DNA of 64,000 nucleotides from Raillietiella orientalis (Eukaryota), in NCBI GenBank assembly GCA_036172245.1, contig JAYWIR010000010.1:4216001-4280000 (forward strand). The letters are read 5' to 3'. Under the pieces are notes generated by a model. It did no database searches. It had not been told where the DNA came from and worked only from the letters and a program-made list of their open reading frames with translations. Within the stretch, counting starts at the first letter, position 1; every line of letters begins with the position of its first letter. This document shows positions 24,501 through 37,200 of the stretch, piece by piece. The position numbers were made by a program, and so were the translations under genes.

Positions 24501-27224
24501 ATCTGGAACATCGTGCCGTCTTCCGCAAAGGAGTTCATTGCACGGCATTGCGCGGTCCGGTCGTCGCCATGAAGCGAGAGGACCCGTCACACATTCTCAG
24601 AGATACCTTCCGGCAGTCTGGGTCCTCTGGCGAGCGGTTCAGTCACAGAGTCCCGATCCGCCCAATCCACTGTCGAAGCGACTCGGTTCCGCTTGATTTT
24701 CGGATTCTTTCGCCTCCGTTCTCTTGGATGGCACGTTGCTTTCTTGAGGCCGAGAGGACGTCTTCATTTTCCGTGTGAATCGGGAGTGGATCCCTGCGGG
24801 CTGCCATTGTCCATCAGAATTTTTTCAAGAGCCCTCGCAACTTTGGAGCGAACCGCTGGCAAAGGACCGGACGTTTTACCATCAGTAGCGTCGTCGCAAT
24901 CGGATAGAATGGGCGTCATCTCCGGACTGCCAGCAACTCGCATCCAGCCTCCTTTTTCCAACCACAGGTAAAAAATCCCCACAGGTGCGTTTACGATCGC
25001 GCTTTCAATCGCCTGAAGACTCGGTTGCAATTTCTTTGTCTATCAACGTGGGAAAGAGTTCTCGCATGGGTTTGAAAAACGACACCTTTGAAAGGGAGAA
25101 AGAAAACATGGCACGTACACGAGTCGATACCTTTCTTCTCAAAAGGTATCGACATCGGATACACCAACTGATGTTTAAGAGATGCTTGCCAGCATGCAAA
25201 CTCGCCAAAAAGAAACAGTCTGCTGTTGGGGAGCCCATGAAGATAATAAAGTGCATTTACATAGAGGATGATTTCTCTGAGCGGTTGAGCTCTTGTACGT
25301 TCAAAACGTAATTTTGCTTGTTATGGGCACTTCCGGCAGAACAAACATTTCATGCTGAAGAATACGTGTTTCGACCACGAATCGCACTCTGAGCCTGGTA
25401 ATCACACCGAGAGGAGAAGGGCAAGCTCATTCTAAACGTTTCGGCCCCGTTGAGAAAGCATGTGTGGCAGCCGAGAGCACCTACCACCGAAAGGACCACG
25501 CCTGCTGGTGTGAGGCTTAAGACTACTTATCCGTGTTTCAGAGGCACTGAAAAGAAAATGTCCAATTCCACGTTTCTGATTCTGCTGACTCCACGATTTT
25601 TCCACATTGAATAGTTCTAATCAAATGGTGAAAGAGCTTTAAATGTAGTCTCCTGAACTCTTGTTTTCGGGCGTTCTGCAGCACCCAAGAGCAATCATTT
25701 CCAGCTATTCCTATTGCTTTGGCGCCGACATCATGTGAAGCCGTAGATACTTTGCTACTTTCACAAATATGAAGAGTGTCTGCGATGCAAAGCTGATATG
25801 AACTTTATTCTATATGCACGTCTTCGCGCTATGAAAACACCACAAGATTTGCCTCCCTTGCCCCATCAAGAAAAGAATAAGAAACAACAGTCTTTAGATG
25901 TAATCTGAATAAGGACTTGGTGCTGCTTGAGAGATCGTGTGTGTCTCCTCGACTTGCAGCTTTTCAGCAACCAACGATTTCTCACATTCCCACCTTCGTT
26001 TTCCTATGTGCAGACTTGCGAAGAAGGAACCCTCTTCACCGCAGTGCGCTTCTGCAGCCACCCTCTAAATCTCTACGACGTAAACTTGGAATAACTAAGG
26101 AGAAAATCAGTGTCCGTAGTCACGGATGAACCGCACGACTGCTGCACTCAAAAGCATCAAAGGCAAAGACTGTCACAGCATCAGTGTCACAGAAGGCGAA
26201 AACTTGAGCTTGCGCTCAAGAAACTGCAGTCGAAGGATGTAAAAACGAATGTGCAGAGTCGAGAAAGCGAAACTCGGAGCGCCGATTTTTGCAAATGTCT
26301 TCCGCCAGGTGAGAACCCGGCAAAAAGAGTATAAGAAAAGTACAAGGCTGCACTCTCCGAGTAAGCAATCTGGAGGACCGCGAGGAGAACGAGTTGAAGG
26401 ATGCTGACGCGATGTCAGCTCCATTCGGTGCCACAATAAACTCGATAAAGCAGTTTGCTTACGCATCGGGAGCTCATTCCCTTGGGTTTCCTGTTCCTTT
26501 CCTTGCTGGTGCATGTGCTCCACTGTGCCTCGCTTGCGAGCAGCGAATTTCCCTCACCTTTTCCCGTTTCCGTCGCTTGCTCACCCTGCGCAGGAAGCCA
26601 TCAGGTTCATCGCAAATCGCGGAGGAGGCGCTTTAGCAACACACAGTTCATGGAACCCCTCGTACGCCGGTAGGCATTTACCGAATCCGCGCCGTATTTT
26701 CCAGGAACCAAGGAGCTGAAGGAAGGACGTGGTTGGGAGCTCGGTTACGCCGCGGCAAGCCTTGCGCCGAGTCCAGGGCACAGGCACGGAGACAGGAAGG
26801 CGACCGCCGGCGCCCGTCGACATCCCCGCCGAGTCGATCTCGCGGCGCCAGAAATTTCTCGGGTCACACAATCGCGTCTTTTTGCTACTGATCGGTTGCG
26901 TATTCTATCAATGTAACCGTCCCTCCCCCCTCCGCCGGCTGGCTGTTGTCATCGTTTGCCCCGAGGACAGACAGCGCTGCTGCAAGGGATGTGATGGCTA
27001 TACCCGCAACCATCGCGTCCACTATTGAAGAAGATCTGGCGGTTTGCATGCGAGTTCCCCCAGAGACCAAGTTCCTCGCACTTCCAAACTGGTAACCCAG
27101 TATTACAGTGCCTCCTGATTTCAGGCGTTCCCTTTTTTTCCTCTCCAAAAACCAGTGGCGACCTCACCGGGAGATCGTTACTGTGGGATAATTACCACCG
27201 GTTATGCCGGGGAACTTCTTACGT

Positions 27225-27950
27225 AAGGTAATAAAAACAGGTTCATTGGTGTGGTAGAACCGTTGATTCTACCACGTGCAAGGAACCTGCCGAAGGGCGG
27301 TGCGTGGACCGGCGAGGTCTGCGTCGGCAGCGTGGGAGAAGGGAAAACAAAAACAAAAAACATAAACAAACAAAAACAGGGGAGGAGAAATTTTATACGA
27401 GGAGGGGGAGGGGGGAATCGAGGGAGGGATCACGGTACGCTGCCAGGCATCTTCTGCATCCTGCTCAGAATTCCGACAAGTTCCGTCCGTATTGCGGGGG
27501 AAGAAGCGCCTGAAAATGTCCCTGGGGCCGCCCGCCGAGATTATTAGGATCGTCGAGAGACGATCCCAAAGGGGTCGGAGGGCGGGATAGTTTAGCAGAA
27601 GGTGCAGGATTGTCTCCTTCTTCCCACACCTGTCTCACTGAGCGTTCACTCTCCTCCGGGTTCAGTGGTGAAGGTGCGCTTTGCACGGGATTCCCCCATG
27701 CATCACCAGCAATGCCAACTCCTATCACTTGAGGGGGAGGGCACCACTGCTTCAGCACTCTGGGGGCCACTTCACCTCCTCCGGAGGGATACCTACCAGC
27801 TCCACCCAGTGTACAAGTCCCGTGGGGTGGGACATTCCTGGTCGCAGCGTCCGTCACCTCCCGAATTGCCCAGAAGTTTCTTCTTCGCTGCTATGCAGCA
27901 AGTCACTTCCCATCTTGATGGGATTACGCTGTCCCTTCCTTCCTTAAGGG
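27225..27950 (-). mobile_element. Decayed 3' part of L1/Tx1-like retrotransposon (copy B)
   Basis: Minus strand: KWPPEC..LPLK..LALLVMHGGIPCKAHL...RCGKKETILHLLLNYPALRPLWDRLSTIL (zf-RVT); 3' UTR hairpin at 27251-27275; shares CGACCCCTTTGGRATCGTCTCTCGACGATCCTA with copy C. Confidence 0.8.
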
Positions 27951-28060
27951 GCTAGGGGGATAGAATGCAGGATGATGAAAATCCTTTGGGTTTCTTTCTG
28001 TTTTCTCTGCTTTCCTTCCTGCTTTTTTTTTTTCTGGTTTCCTTTTTTTTGGGGTTCTCC

Positions 28061-28642
28061 GAGTGCTGAAGAACCGTTCGCTTCCTTGGGGGGACCCGCG
28101 AAGCTCTTCAGCACTGTTTCACACCACCCTTCAGCACAGTTACTCTTCAAGTCAGCCCCCCCCCCCCCGGAAAAGGAAGAGATACCCTGTGAATCCAGGA
28201 AGGCTCCGGAGAAAGGAGTCCGTGTTCCTCGTTCACTTGGGTGGGAACCTCGAAAGAAACTTCCTCTTCCTTGTTCTCTCCGGAGGGACTCTCTGAGGCA
28301 GTCACTCCTCATTTCTTCTCCCAAGGAAACCTGGAAAGGATCCGCTCCTGGAATTCTTTTTCCAAAGAGGCCCACCGGACAGGATCTGCTCCTTGTTTTC
28401 TCCTCTGAAGAGAATCCTGAAGGGACGCTTCCACATTTCTGTGAAGGGTCGCTCTCCGAAGGGAGCAGAGCGCTTCTTACACTCTGGGGAGGTAACCCCC
28501 CGAGGGGTATCAACCAGCTCCATTTTCACGAACAGCGGTCAACCCCGAAAGGCTTCTTGACTTCTGGAAGGACCCCGGAGAGTCAACTTCCAATCCCGGC
28601 CAGTCAACAGGGGCATACGGTTTCTTGCTTCCACCAGTGCTG
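28061..28642 (-). repeat. ~580-bp dispersed repeat, copy 2 (inverted relative to 16337-16916)
   Basis: Near-identical reverse complement of 16337-16916. Confidence 0.93.
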
Positions 28643-28679
28643 TACCTAAGACCGTGGGCCAACGAGCGTCATCTTGAAG

Positions 28680-29540
28680 GAAGGATTCGAACGCACGACG
28701 CACCTCCATTTCTCTGGCCCCATCCACGTGGGGATTCGAATTCGCAACGATGGGTGCCACGCGCAGAGACCACCGCAGCCACACCGTCGCCAATGCGGGC
28801 GTTTCAGCTTCTGGGGGTGGCAACGGATCCAAGACAGGGATTCCAACAGTGAGGGCAGTTGTCTCGAACCGAGATGCAGGATGCGAAGCTGCTCCATCAA
28901 GAGGTGCAGCGGAATGTTGCTTGCGTTGCACTCATCCCAATGGGCCACCGGATTAGAAACCGCTTCAGCCGGAAGAGCAAGCGATTTGGGCAGGAGAATC
29001 GCTTCCCAGATTGTCGGAGGAGCCTCGCGTACCCAGCTGGTCGCGGATTCACGCGAAGGACCGAGGTGGTGCGCGCGTTTTCGCTGTCCCGGATGCACAC
29101 GTGCGACGCGTAGTACCGATATGCGATGATGCGCGGGAAAGTCCGTCCCCGAAAGGTGAAGTTTCGAACGACCTTCCGGGTGCCTTCAGCAGCACTCGAC
29201 AAGAACCGTGTGGAACGAACGAAGAGAACCCGAACGCCCATTCTCGCGCAGAGATGCCATCTCGAAAAATCCTCCGAATGTTGACGGCAGAGACTGAGTG
29301 GGAACGGCGATCGGGAAGACCACCCGACGGCCCACCTGGATGCCAAACGGAACTGCGATGCTGTTAGCGAACGTCCGCGAGGATGCTTGTGTGGCAGTCG
29401 TCTCCTCCTGCGAATACCGGAAAGCGATCCGCGGTGCTTTCTTTTCCCCCACATCCAGGCTTTCTACATTCTATGGCGCAGCTGGCTTCTATTTGCAGCA
29501 AGAACTCCGCACCAAACAGGGCCAACCGCGCCTGAGCTGA
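28680..29540 (-). pseudogene. Possible further LRR-gene relic
   Basis: LMEQLRILHLGSRQLPSL and VRVLFVRSTRFLSS resemble LRR units, in different frames. Confidence 0.25.
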
Positions 29541-30369
29541 TGACCACAAATCCGATGCAAATTGACCGCTCCAAGCACCCGGAGCATTGCAAAATGACGC
29601 GCTCTCAGATGGGATGTCATCTCTTCGAGTCGACGCTTCGGGGGGAGGTCGGTCCTGAACCAGCTGAACTCTTGAACCATTCTTGAGATGATTTACACGT
29701 ACGGCGCAAAACACAAGTGATGAGCGCGCGCAGTACGCTGCAGTGTATTTCATTAGCCAGCAAAATGAAAAGCCAAAAACAGAATGGCGTACATGGGTGG
29801 GCAGAAGAAAGAAGCGACCCACGTCGGTGAAGTGGGAGCCTTCAAATGAAAATAGGTGCACACCCCTTCGGCAGCGATGAAACCCCCCCGTCAAACACGT
29901 GCTGGAACTCTCGTCAGCTACTCAGCGTGGGGTCAGCGCCAAGCGTTTGAGTGTTTGCGCGGTGATGCATTTCCTGAAATTCTTGTTAATTGTACGAAAG
30001 TTCGAAAGCCGTAAGGCATGGCTATGTGCTCATGCGTGCGCGCGTTTCGTTTTTTTTTACAAATAAAGCAACCTCTGCAACTGCATTAAATTAAAAGAAA
30101 ACAAAGAAAGGAAAAGAAAGGAAGGAAGATGCATTCTGTTTTGCCTAATAACAACAAGGGTTGCTTAGCTGAAAGTGTTAAAAAAAAAAAAAAAAAAAAA
30201 CTCTTCCAAATGGCGGGAAAAACTGATCAATCGAATGCTGTCAGAGTTGAAGTCAGGGCAGCTTCCAGAGGAAACCTTCTTGATCTTAGTGGTGCGTGCG
30301 GTAATGCCTCTTGCAGTGATCCTGCGAAGACCTCAGTTCTCCGCCCAACCAATTTTAGAGAACTGGTTC

Positions 30370-30419
30370 GTTCTCTATGCAAAAACGGATGTTGCCACAT
30401 CCGTTTTTGCATAGAGAAC
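30370..30419. repeat. Perfect inverted repeat, 23-bp stem with 4-nt loop
   Basis: GTTCTCTATGCAAAAACGGATGT-TGCC-ACATCCGTTTTTGCATAGAGAAC. Confidence 0.92.
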
Positions 30420-31099
30420 TCTCCACGAGAACTCCCTCTTTCTCCACGAGTAGCACCAGTGAATCGGCGGTCCATTCCTGGTGTCCCTTTTTCGATTTCA
30501 TAGCTGAGGTGGCATTAATGGCCACCGGGGTTATGTGGGACCAGTTTGCTCAAGGAAGAATTCGTTCGAGAGTGCTTCAGCACTGTGGCAGCAGCACAGC
30601 TGTGACAATCTGGCGTTTCACAACGAAACTCTTTTGGTTTTTTCCTAAGGATGTTGCGTCATGATGCAGCCTTATGAATATGCATAGCACAGCAAGGATC
30701 AGGTAAGGACTTTGGTGAGGATCTCTTGACACTATGTGACGCTATTATCTGTCCTTTTGACAACACAGAGAAGGTATTCAGCTCCAGCATAGCGGAAAAT
30801 AAGGAAAAGTGCCAGGAGATCTTGCTGTTGAAGAAAAAAGGACTTGCAAGCTGAAGTCCGAGCACTTCATCGTAAGCGCGCTAAGATCGCGGGGGCCTTC
30901 GTAACGATGGAGTAATTCGGGAGTTGGGTATCCCGAAGAGGTAAGTGATGCCCTTGATGGTGGCCTCTTTCATGCATCCAATACAGTAGGGATACCTGCT
31001 GGATGCACCGTCTAGTACGTCCTCCAGACGACGCAATCAACCCGCGAAAAGAGAGGACAGCTGCAAAAGAAGGGATCCATGAAAACTGAGCAGTCAAGT

Positions 31100-31292
31100 T
31101 TTTTATTGCTTAAATTTACAATTTTACAACAAGTTACAGAGAGGGCTCTTGACATTCTTCTGGAATTCCTCACTTGTCCGTCTGGGGCGCTCGTCTCCCC
31201 TTGGCCTGTTGGTTCCTCTGCTACTTGCCCTCCGTCTCGCGAGAGCTGACCGCTGGGGTTCTCCGGATGCATCTTTTGTCGGTCCTTCGTGT
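31100..31292 (-). mobile_element. 5'-truncated copy of the NeSL/Utopia-like element 3' end
   Basis: Reverse complement closely matches 15823-15990 and ends in AATAAAAAA. Confidence 0.85.
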
Positions 31293-34200
31293 TCATTCAT
31301 TTTAATGCAATACTTGAAACAAAATCTGTTCTCACACTCCACAACACTTGGATTCTTGCACAAGGGTGATGCCCAGAGTTCCAACCATTGCAGTTTCGTC
31401 CCCGTGAATGCAACCATAACCCGGATGGATGGTTGCTAGGTCCGCGAATAGCAGCAGACCCGAAGCATGCCCTACTTCACGCTAACAACATTCCCTATTC
31501 CTCATCGATCCATTCTGAAAAGATGATTTTTCCACAGCATCAAAGTTGCCAGTGAGGCTTCCTCCGCTGTGGCATCTCGTCGACCCGAATCGATCGAATC
31601 TGTTTTTTTTTTCTGCGTGCACTGAAAAGCTCCCATTTTCTCGGCTTTTAGTGGCTCTTCGTTGGAAAAATGTGAAATTGCAACGTCTCCGTTCGCTCCT
31701 GCATACCACCTGCTTAATCAGCAGTACCGAGCATCGGTGTTTATTGCGAAACTTCCTCAAAAAAGGCAAAAACTTCTTCTCCGACGGAAGAGATCCTCGC
31801 CGGCGGTCCGAACCCCTCTCAGCGACTCTGGAAACGAGACAGGTGGCCCAAGCGTTGCAATCAAGAGTGAGTTCTCGCTCTGGACCGAAAGCGTGGGACT
31901 GCCCAGCTCTGTCCGCGATACTTGGGCTTGATTTGTGTACTCCGGCAGTGTCGCTGTCGCCGTCGCAAATCAGTTACTCCGCAGTTTCGCGACCAGTGGC
32001 CTCGCATCCATCTTTGGAGCTCGCATGTCCGATCCAGGAGTCCCCCAGCTATGTGCGCTTTCCGAAGTCGGCTCTGCACTGGCGTGGAACACTCTGCCTG
32101 TGCTGAGCCAACTCTTTACATCCGTCTTTCGAAATGCTGCCAAAAGTTATTTCTCGTCTCTGACGCTGATCCCGGTGGCAAGCCGGCGGCACTGGTTTTT
32201 TCTCACTGCAAAGCATTCCACAACCACCCGGTTTTCCACTCAGAAACCTGCCTGGCCACGGATTAGCTTGAAGATGAGAGCGCCCCGCTCTCATTCCCCT
32301 GATCAAGGATAACTTTATCGACCCAACGCACGTGTAGTTTCAGGTATTTTGTGATTTCCCTTTTAAATTTAGTGATCCACTCTGTGGATGAACCGGATGA
32401 TTTCTTTTCATGGTTTTCCAAATCCAATAGCCAATCTTCTTACGGATGTTAGATATCGACGAACGGCTTCCATGATCGTAGAATCTTCGGTCACTTTCGT
32501 AACTTCCATTGCAGGTGTCATTGGTGCTGGAAAAAGAAAAAAAAAAAAAAAAAAAAGCCATGAAAAAATTTGTCTTCCATTCTCTTCTCAACAGTCAGAG
32601 GATGCATGATTGAAGATGAGCTGCAGCTGTCTAGAAAGTCCAAGGCTGTAGCGGAATAGAAAGAATGGAAAGCACGGAAACAGTCGTTTAAGGGATCCTG
32701 CTCGCCACAGACTCGTAACACACGCGTCTACATTGACACACACACAATACATACATTAACTTGAGACCACGATTATGCTGAAAAAAGAATCCACCATAAT
32801 CCATCATTACACACATATATATATGTACAGTAGGTCCCTCTATATCGAATTCTACCAATCCGCGTTATACGAGTTTTACGGGCCAAGCATGCAAACATGG
32901 CTAATAAAAAACGCTTCTTAGAAGTCGTGACAGAAGAATATTTATCATTATTTATTATTTCAGTCGTCTATTTATTAGTTAATTTGAAGCGGAAAAAGAC
33001 CTTCAGGGTTTTGTTGCTGCCATTTAATGAGTGGAGACTATAGCTTGGACTCTGCTGTTCTCGATGTTGAAAAATCTGCATTTCATCCGTGAATATTTGA
33101 ACGAAATAGAATTCAACTTGGCAGAGTCCCGTGTTCGTGCCACCCTGAGCGACCCAGCAGGAGCTGTGCCACAAAACTGAAATTTAACCACAGCGTCGTA
33201 CGGGGCTGACCCACCGCCCAACACGTCTTCCTTTCTCGTCGTACGGATCTGTACAGATGCCTGATGCATTTGCGTGTGCACACCAACGGACAGCCGCAAA
33301 TGGGAAGAGATCCAGAGATCACGCGGCGGGAAAGGGGAAAGGAAGGAAAAGTTTCGGGAAAGTGCAACCGCCACAGGACCACCGCACGTCAGTAGATGTT
33401 GAAACAGCCACGAAGGAAACCTCGATGTTTCGTTAATGACTGCAGAATGGCTGTCATCGGAATGTGATGATTCGCCGACCTTCAGGAATCATGAAACGGT
33501 CCCTTGCGGGACATCAGGTTTCGAAGGCGGTGACTGGTCGGGGTCCCATCCCGATCCATCCCACTAGGCTGCAACTCCGTCAATCCTTCATGAATGAAAT
33601 CAGTGTGGGAGGGACGTTCTGTTTCCCTCGCACCAACGGGTCTCGCTGCCTTCCTGGATTCCCTCACATCGAAGGCAGTTCGCCGTGGAAATCGAACCTC
33701 CTTGCTGTGAAGAAAAGGTTCAAGAAAAGAGCTGTCGGCATGCGCGCCAATTCTTCGCCGGCGCCTTCTCCTGAGTTCCTAGTCCGTTCCTGAGCCACCC
33801 TCGAATAGGTACACGTCTTTGATTGCCGAGCATTCCTTTATCCTTGAGTTTTTCCGGGGAATGCTTTACGACTTCGTAGCGGTTCTGAGGATATGAACGT
33901 TTCGATAGCAACAACATGCATTTTTTAATTCGCCATAACGTTTCCTTAAATACAATCGAAAATGCTTTACCATCGGACCCATTCAAGTTTTCGGGACTTA
34001 TAGATCTCGAATGTGGAGAGGTCAACCAGCAGGTTCCTTCAGTATATCGAATCAAATTGACACATCGATACATTCACTATACGCTTTACTATTTGTGCTC
34101 TTGGATGCTGTCAAGATCACTCGGAAACATCAATTGAACTTTTTTGGAAACGGATACTAAGTAACAGGAACGTGTGCCAACTTACAGAGGTAAATGCTAA

Positions 34201-37200
34201 CCACAGTGATACGAATCTTCCAGTAAAAAGGTCGATGGAAGCGTTAGCCGACTACATGATGATTAATAGCCAGTAGTTCAATCCATCATTTTCAATGCAA
34301 GATATAAATTTTATTGTATAGCAACATCAGGAAAGAAAAAAAAAAAAGGACCGATATTACCCATCCGTGGTGCTCTTACATGTCGTTTGCTGCCATTTTT
34401 TTTTTTTTGAGTCCCCTTCTGTTAGTGGTTCCATTCCTGAATGAGTTTCTGGAAGCCAGACAACGAACGAACCGAATTCAAGCAGTTCAAACCGACCTCC
34501 CCTCCCCCCTTGATTTGGACAAATGCTCTGCTTGGAAAATTCTCGGAAATTCATCGCCTCACTTGGTACATTCCTATACAAGCGATTCTCGAACGCACCC
34601 ACCATTAAGCAAACCACTCTCGTACGCCACAACGAGCGTGCCGATTTTACCAAGAAGGCGGAAACTTTCTACTCACGCGAAAATCACAACCCAACACGCG
34701 TACTCGCGGTCATCAACATGGAACCGAGGGGAAACCTCTGGTCACTGCGAGTTCCTTGCGACGCGAGTGAACCTCTCTTCTTCCACAGTCAGTCTTCAGC
34801 ACACGACACGGAGACAGTCAAATGAAGGGAACGAAAGCCAAACCCCCGGAACCTCACCCACACGTCTCCTACCCCTCCCCGTAACAGCTCCTGGAGGAGA
34901 GGAGAGGGGGAAAAAAAAAAAAAAATCATGAGGCAAGCAATTAACTTCTGCTAAAAACATCACAGCCCTCCTTCTCATCCGCGGAGCACCACTAACCTTC
35001 GCAACCTACTTTCCAGCTTCAGCTCCCATCCCCTGCACAGGAGGCAGACTGCACAGCCACTGTGATTATCATCATGCACAGCTCGTTGAAGAACCAGGTG
35101 AGCACACGTTTCCTACTTCTTACCCTCCTCATACCCCTCGGAGAGCAAGGATGTTATACCTACGCATCTGCTCATAAGTCCTCCTCAATCTCCAGGGCGA
35201 GGCGTGACCTGTTGGTGCCTTTCGAAAACGGGACGAAGCAAAATTTCCGGAATGGAATTCCTTCCGGCAAACGCAAAAATCAGTTTATATGGAGGGACCG
35301 AACATTTTTTTTCCTCGTTCTTTTGATGAGCTATCACGAATCGTTTTTGTGAAGTAATTTCTGAAATTACTTCAATAAAAACGAAAGGAAAAAAAAAAAA
35401 AAATCCGGAAAGGGCAGAAGCAGGAAGCTCGCGTTGCTGAAGATATTTCATTCAAGACTTGAGCGATCCCGAAAAAAGGGTGGTATCATCTTCGCCATTG
35501 CTTTCAACTGCCTCGTTCCACTTTCCTTCCGGTGCCTGCTGCCTGAGCCCGTTGGCTGGAGGGCCAGCCAGCGAACCGAGGGGTCAAAGAATTCCCACAG
35601 GGGGAAAGCCCGTCGATCGCGCGCGTTCAAAGACGAACTCTGGCGGAGGTTCCCGGAATCAATCCGAAGCCTTCCCGCTTTCCCACGTTCGGAACTCGAA
35701 AAAACCGGACGCCGAGCCACAGGAACCCACTTTCACAAACACCTGGATAATTTTCCAGCATGCGGGCGGGGGATGACCACCACCGAAGTCCGGGCACGTC
35801 GCACCTCGAGGTGTTTTCGTGCCTGGTCCTTCCTCCCTCTTCGTGTGCGGAAGCGGCCATCTCTTCGTCGGAAAGCCTTCACTTCCGCTACGCAGGGGAT
35901 CCGACGCCGCTTTGTCTGAAGTGATTACCATCTTATTTGCGGACCAGAAAATTGCGAGGTTCCCTCGGTCGGTTTCGTCCTGAAGGAGCGCTTCGACTTC
36001 CGCCAGTCGCTGTCTGCAAACTCGTCGGGAAAGGCACCTCACGTCTCGGACTTCATTTCCTAGGGGGCCCTCGGAACAGCGGGATTTTCCGAAGAGTCTT
36101 TGGAGCTTTTTCAAGAACCACGGATGAAACAAACTCCTGTGGCAGCTCCGTGTCATGTGAGAAGGACAACAGCAGCAACAAAAGTTTCCCTTCTTGGAGG
36201 TAAATTGCATGAGTGAAAAAGAAAAGGCAAAAAAAAAAAAAAACCCCGGGGAAACCAAGCATGCCAGCTTAGATTTCTGACAGAAATCGCTGTTTTCCTA
36301 TACATCAATTCAGATTTGACTCGGTTCAGTCCAGCTCGACATTTATTTTGGTAAACTTCAGGGTTGCCAGATGGTGTATTTCGCCTGAATACACAACTAT
36401 TTCGTTGAAAACTGGAAACAACAGCAACCGTAAGATCTGCTAGACATCTCGACACGTGAACGAAGAAGTCCTCAAGCTTGCAAACAGTTCATCAAGGAGA
36501 AACTTTTTGACGTATGGCAATCTTTTCAAAACACGCTTCCGAAATTTTGAATGTGTGTGTGTGTGTGTTTTTTGATGCCCTGTCCAAAAATCAGCATTTC
36601 AAAATCAGCTCTGCACTTTTGTGTGTGCGCGTTCACGAGGTTAGCATCAGCACTTCCGGTTCCGAAAGACATTGAAATGATTCGGTGTACTTGTTTCAGG
36701 GAAGGAACCGCAACCTCTCGCACTCTCTGGGTCACTGATTTCTATGGCAAGCGGTGGTCATCTACTCTCGCGAGTCTAATTGCAAATGAGTAAAAGAAAC
36801 CAAAAGGAAGAAGAAGGAGAAGAAACCGAGCCATTTCGTAATCGCGGCTGTGATTCCACGTTAAGGGGGAATCCGCCATTTTGAAAAGACCGATTAAAAG
36901 CATGTGGATGAGCTGAGGATCCTCAGCGGTTGGATGCGACCGCTCACTGATGAGAGGCACATAAGACAATCTTGCCCGATTGGGGAAGACTCTTTTCAAA
37001 TTAAAATTCGCCCCACAAAAATAAATTTCCTGCCCCCTTTTCTCCCCTCCTTTTCCTGAACAGGTGATTGAACGGACACGACCGATGCATCTGTGTGTTC
37101 CGCGCAGAAAACAACCTGCCGAGCTCGCAAAAGATGAGAAAGGTGGTCTATGCGCTCACAGGAGCTATCTTGAGCCAATCCCCAGAACTTTAATCGGGAA

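Noticed and set aside
31324..31332. ATCTGTTCT matching U2 snRNA near the Utopia-like fragment
   Set aside because: Only 9 nt, and on the wrong side and strand for a target site.
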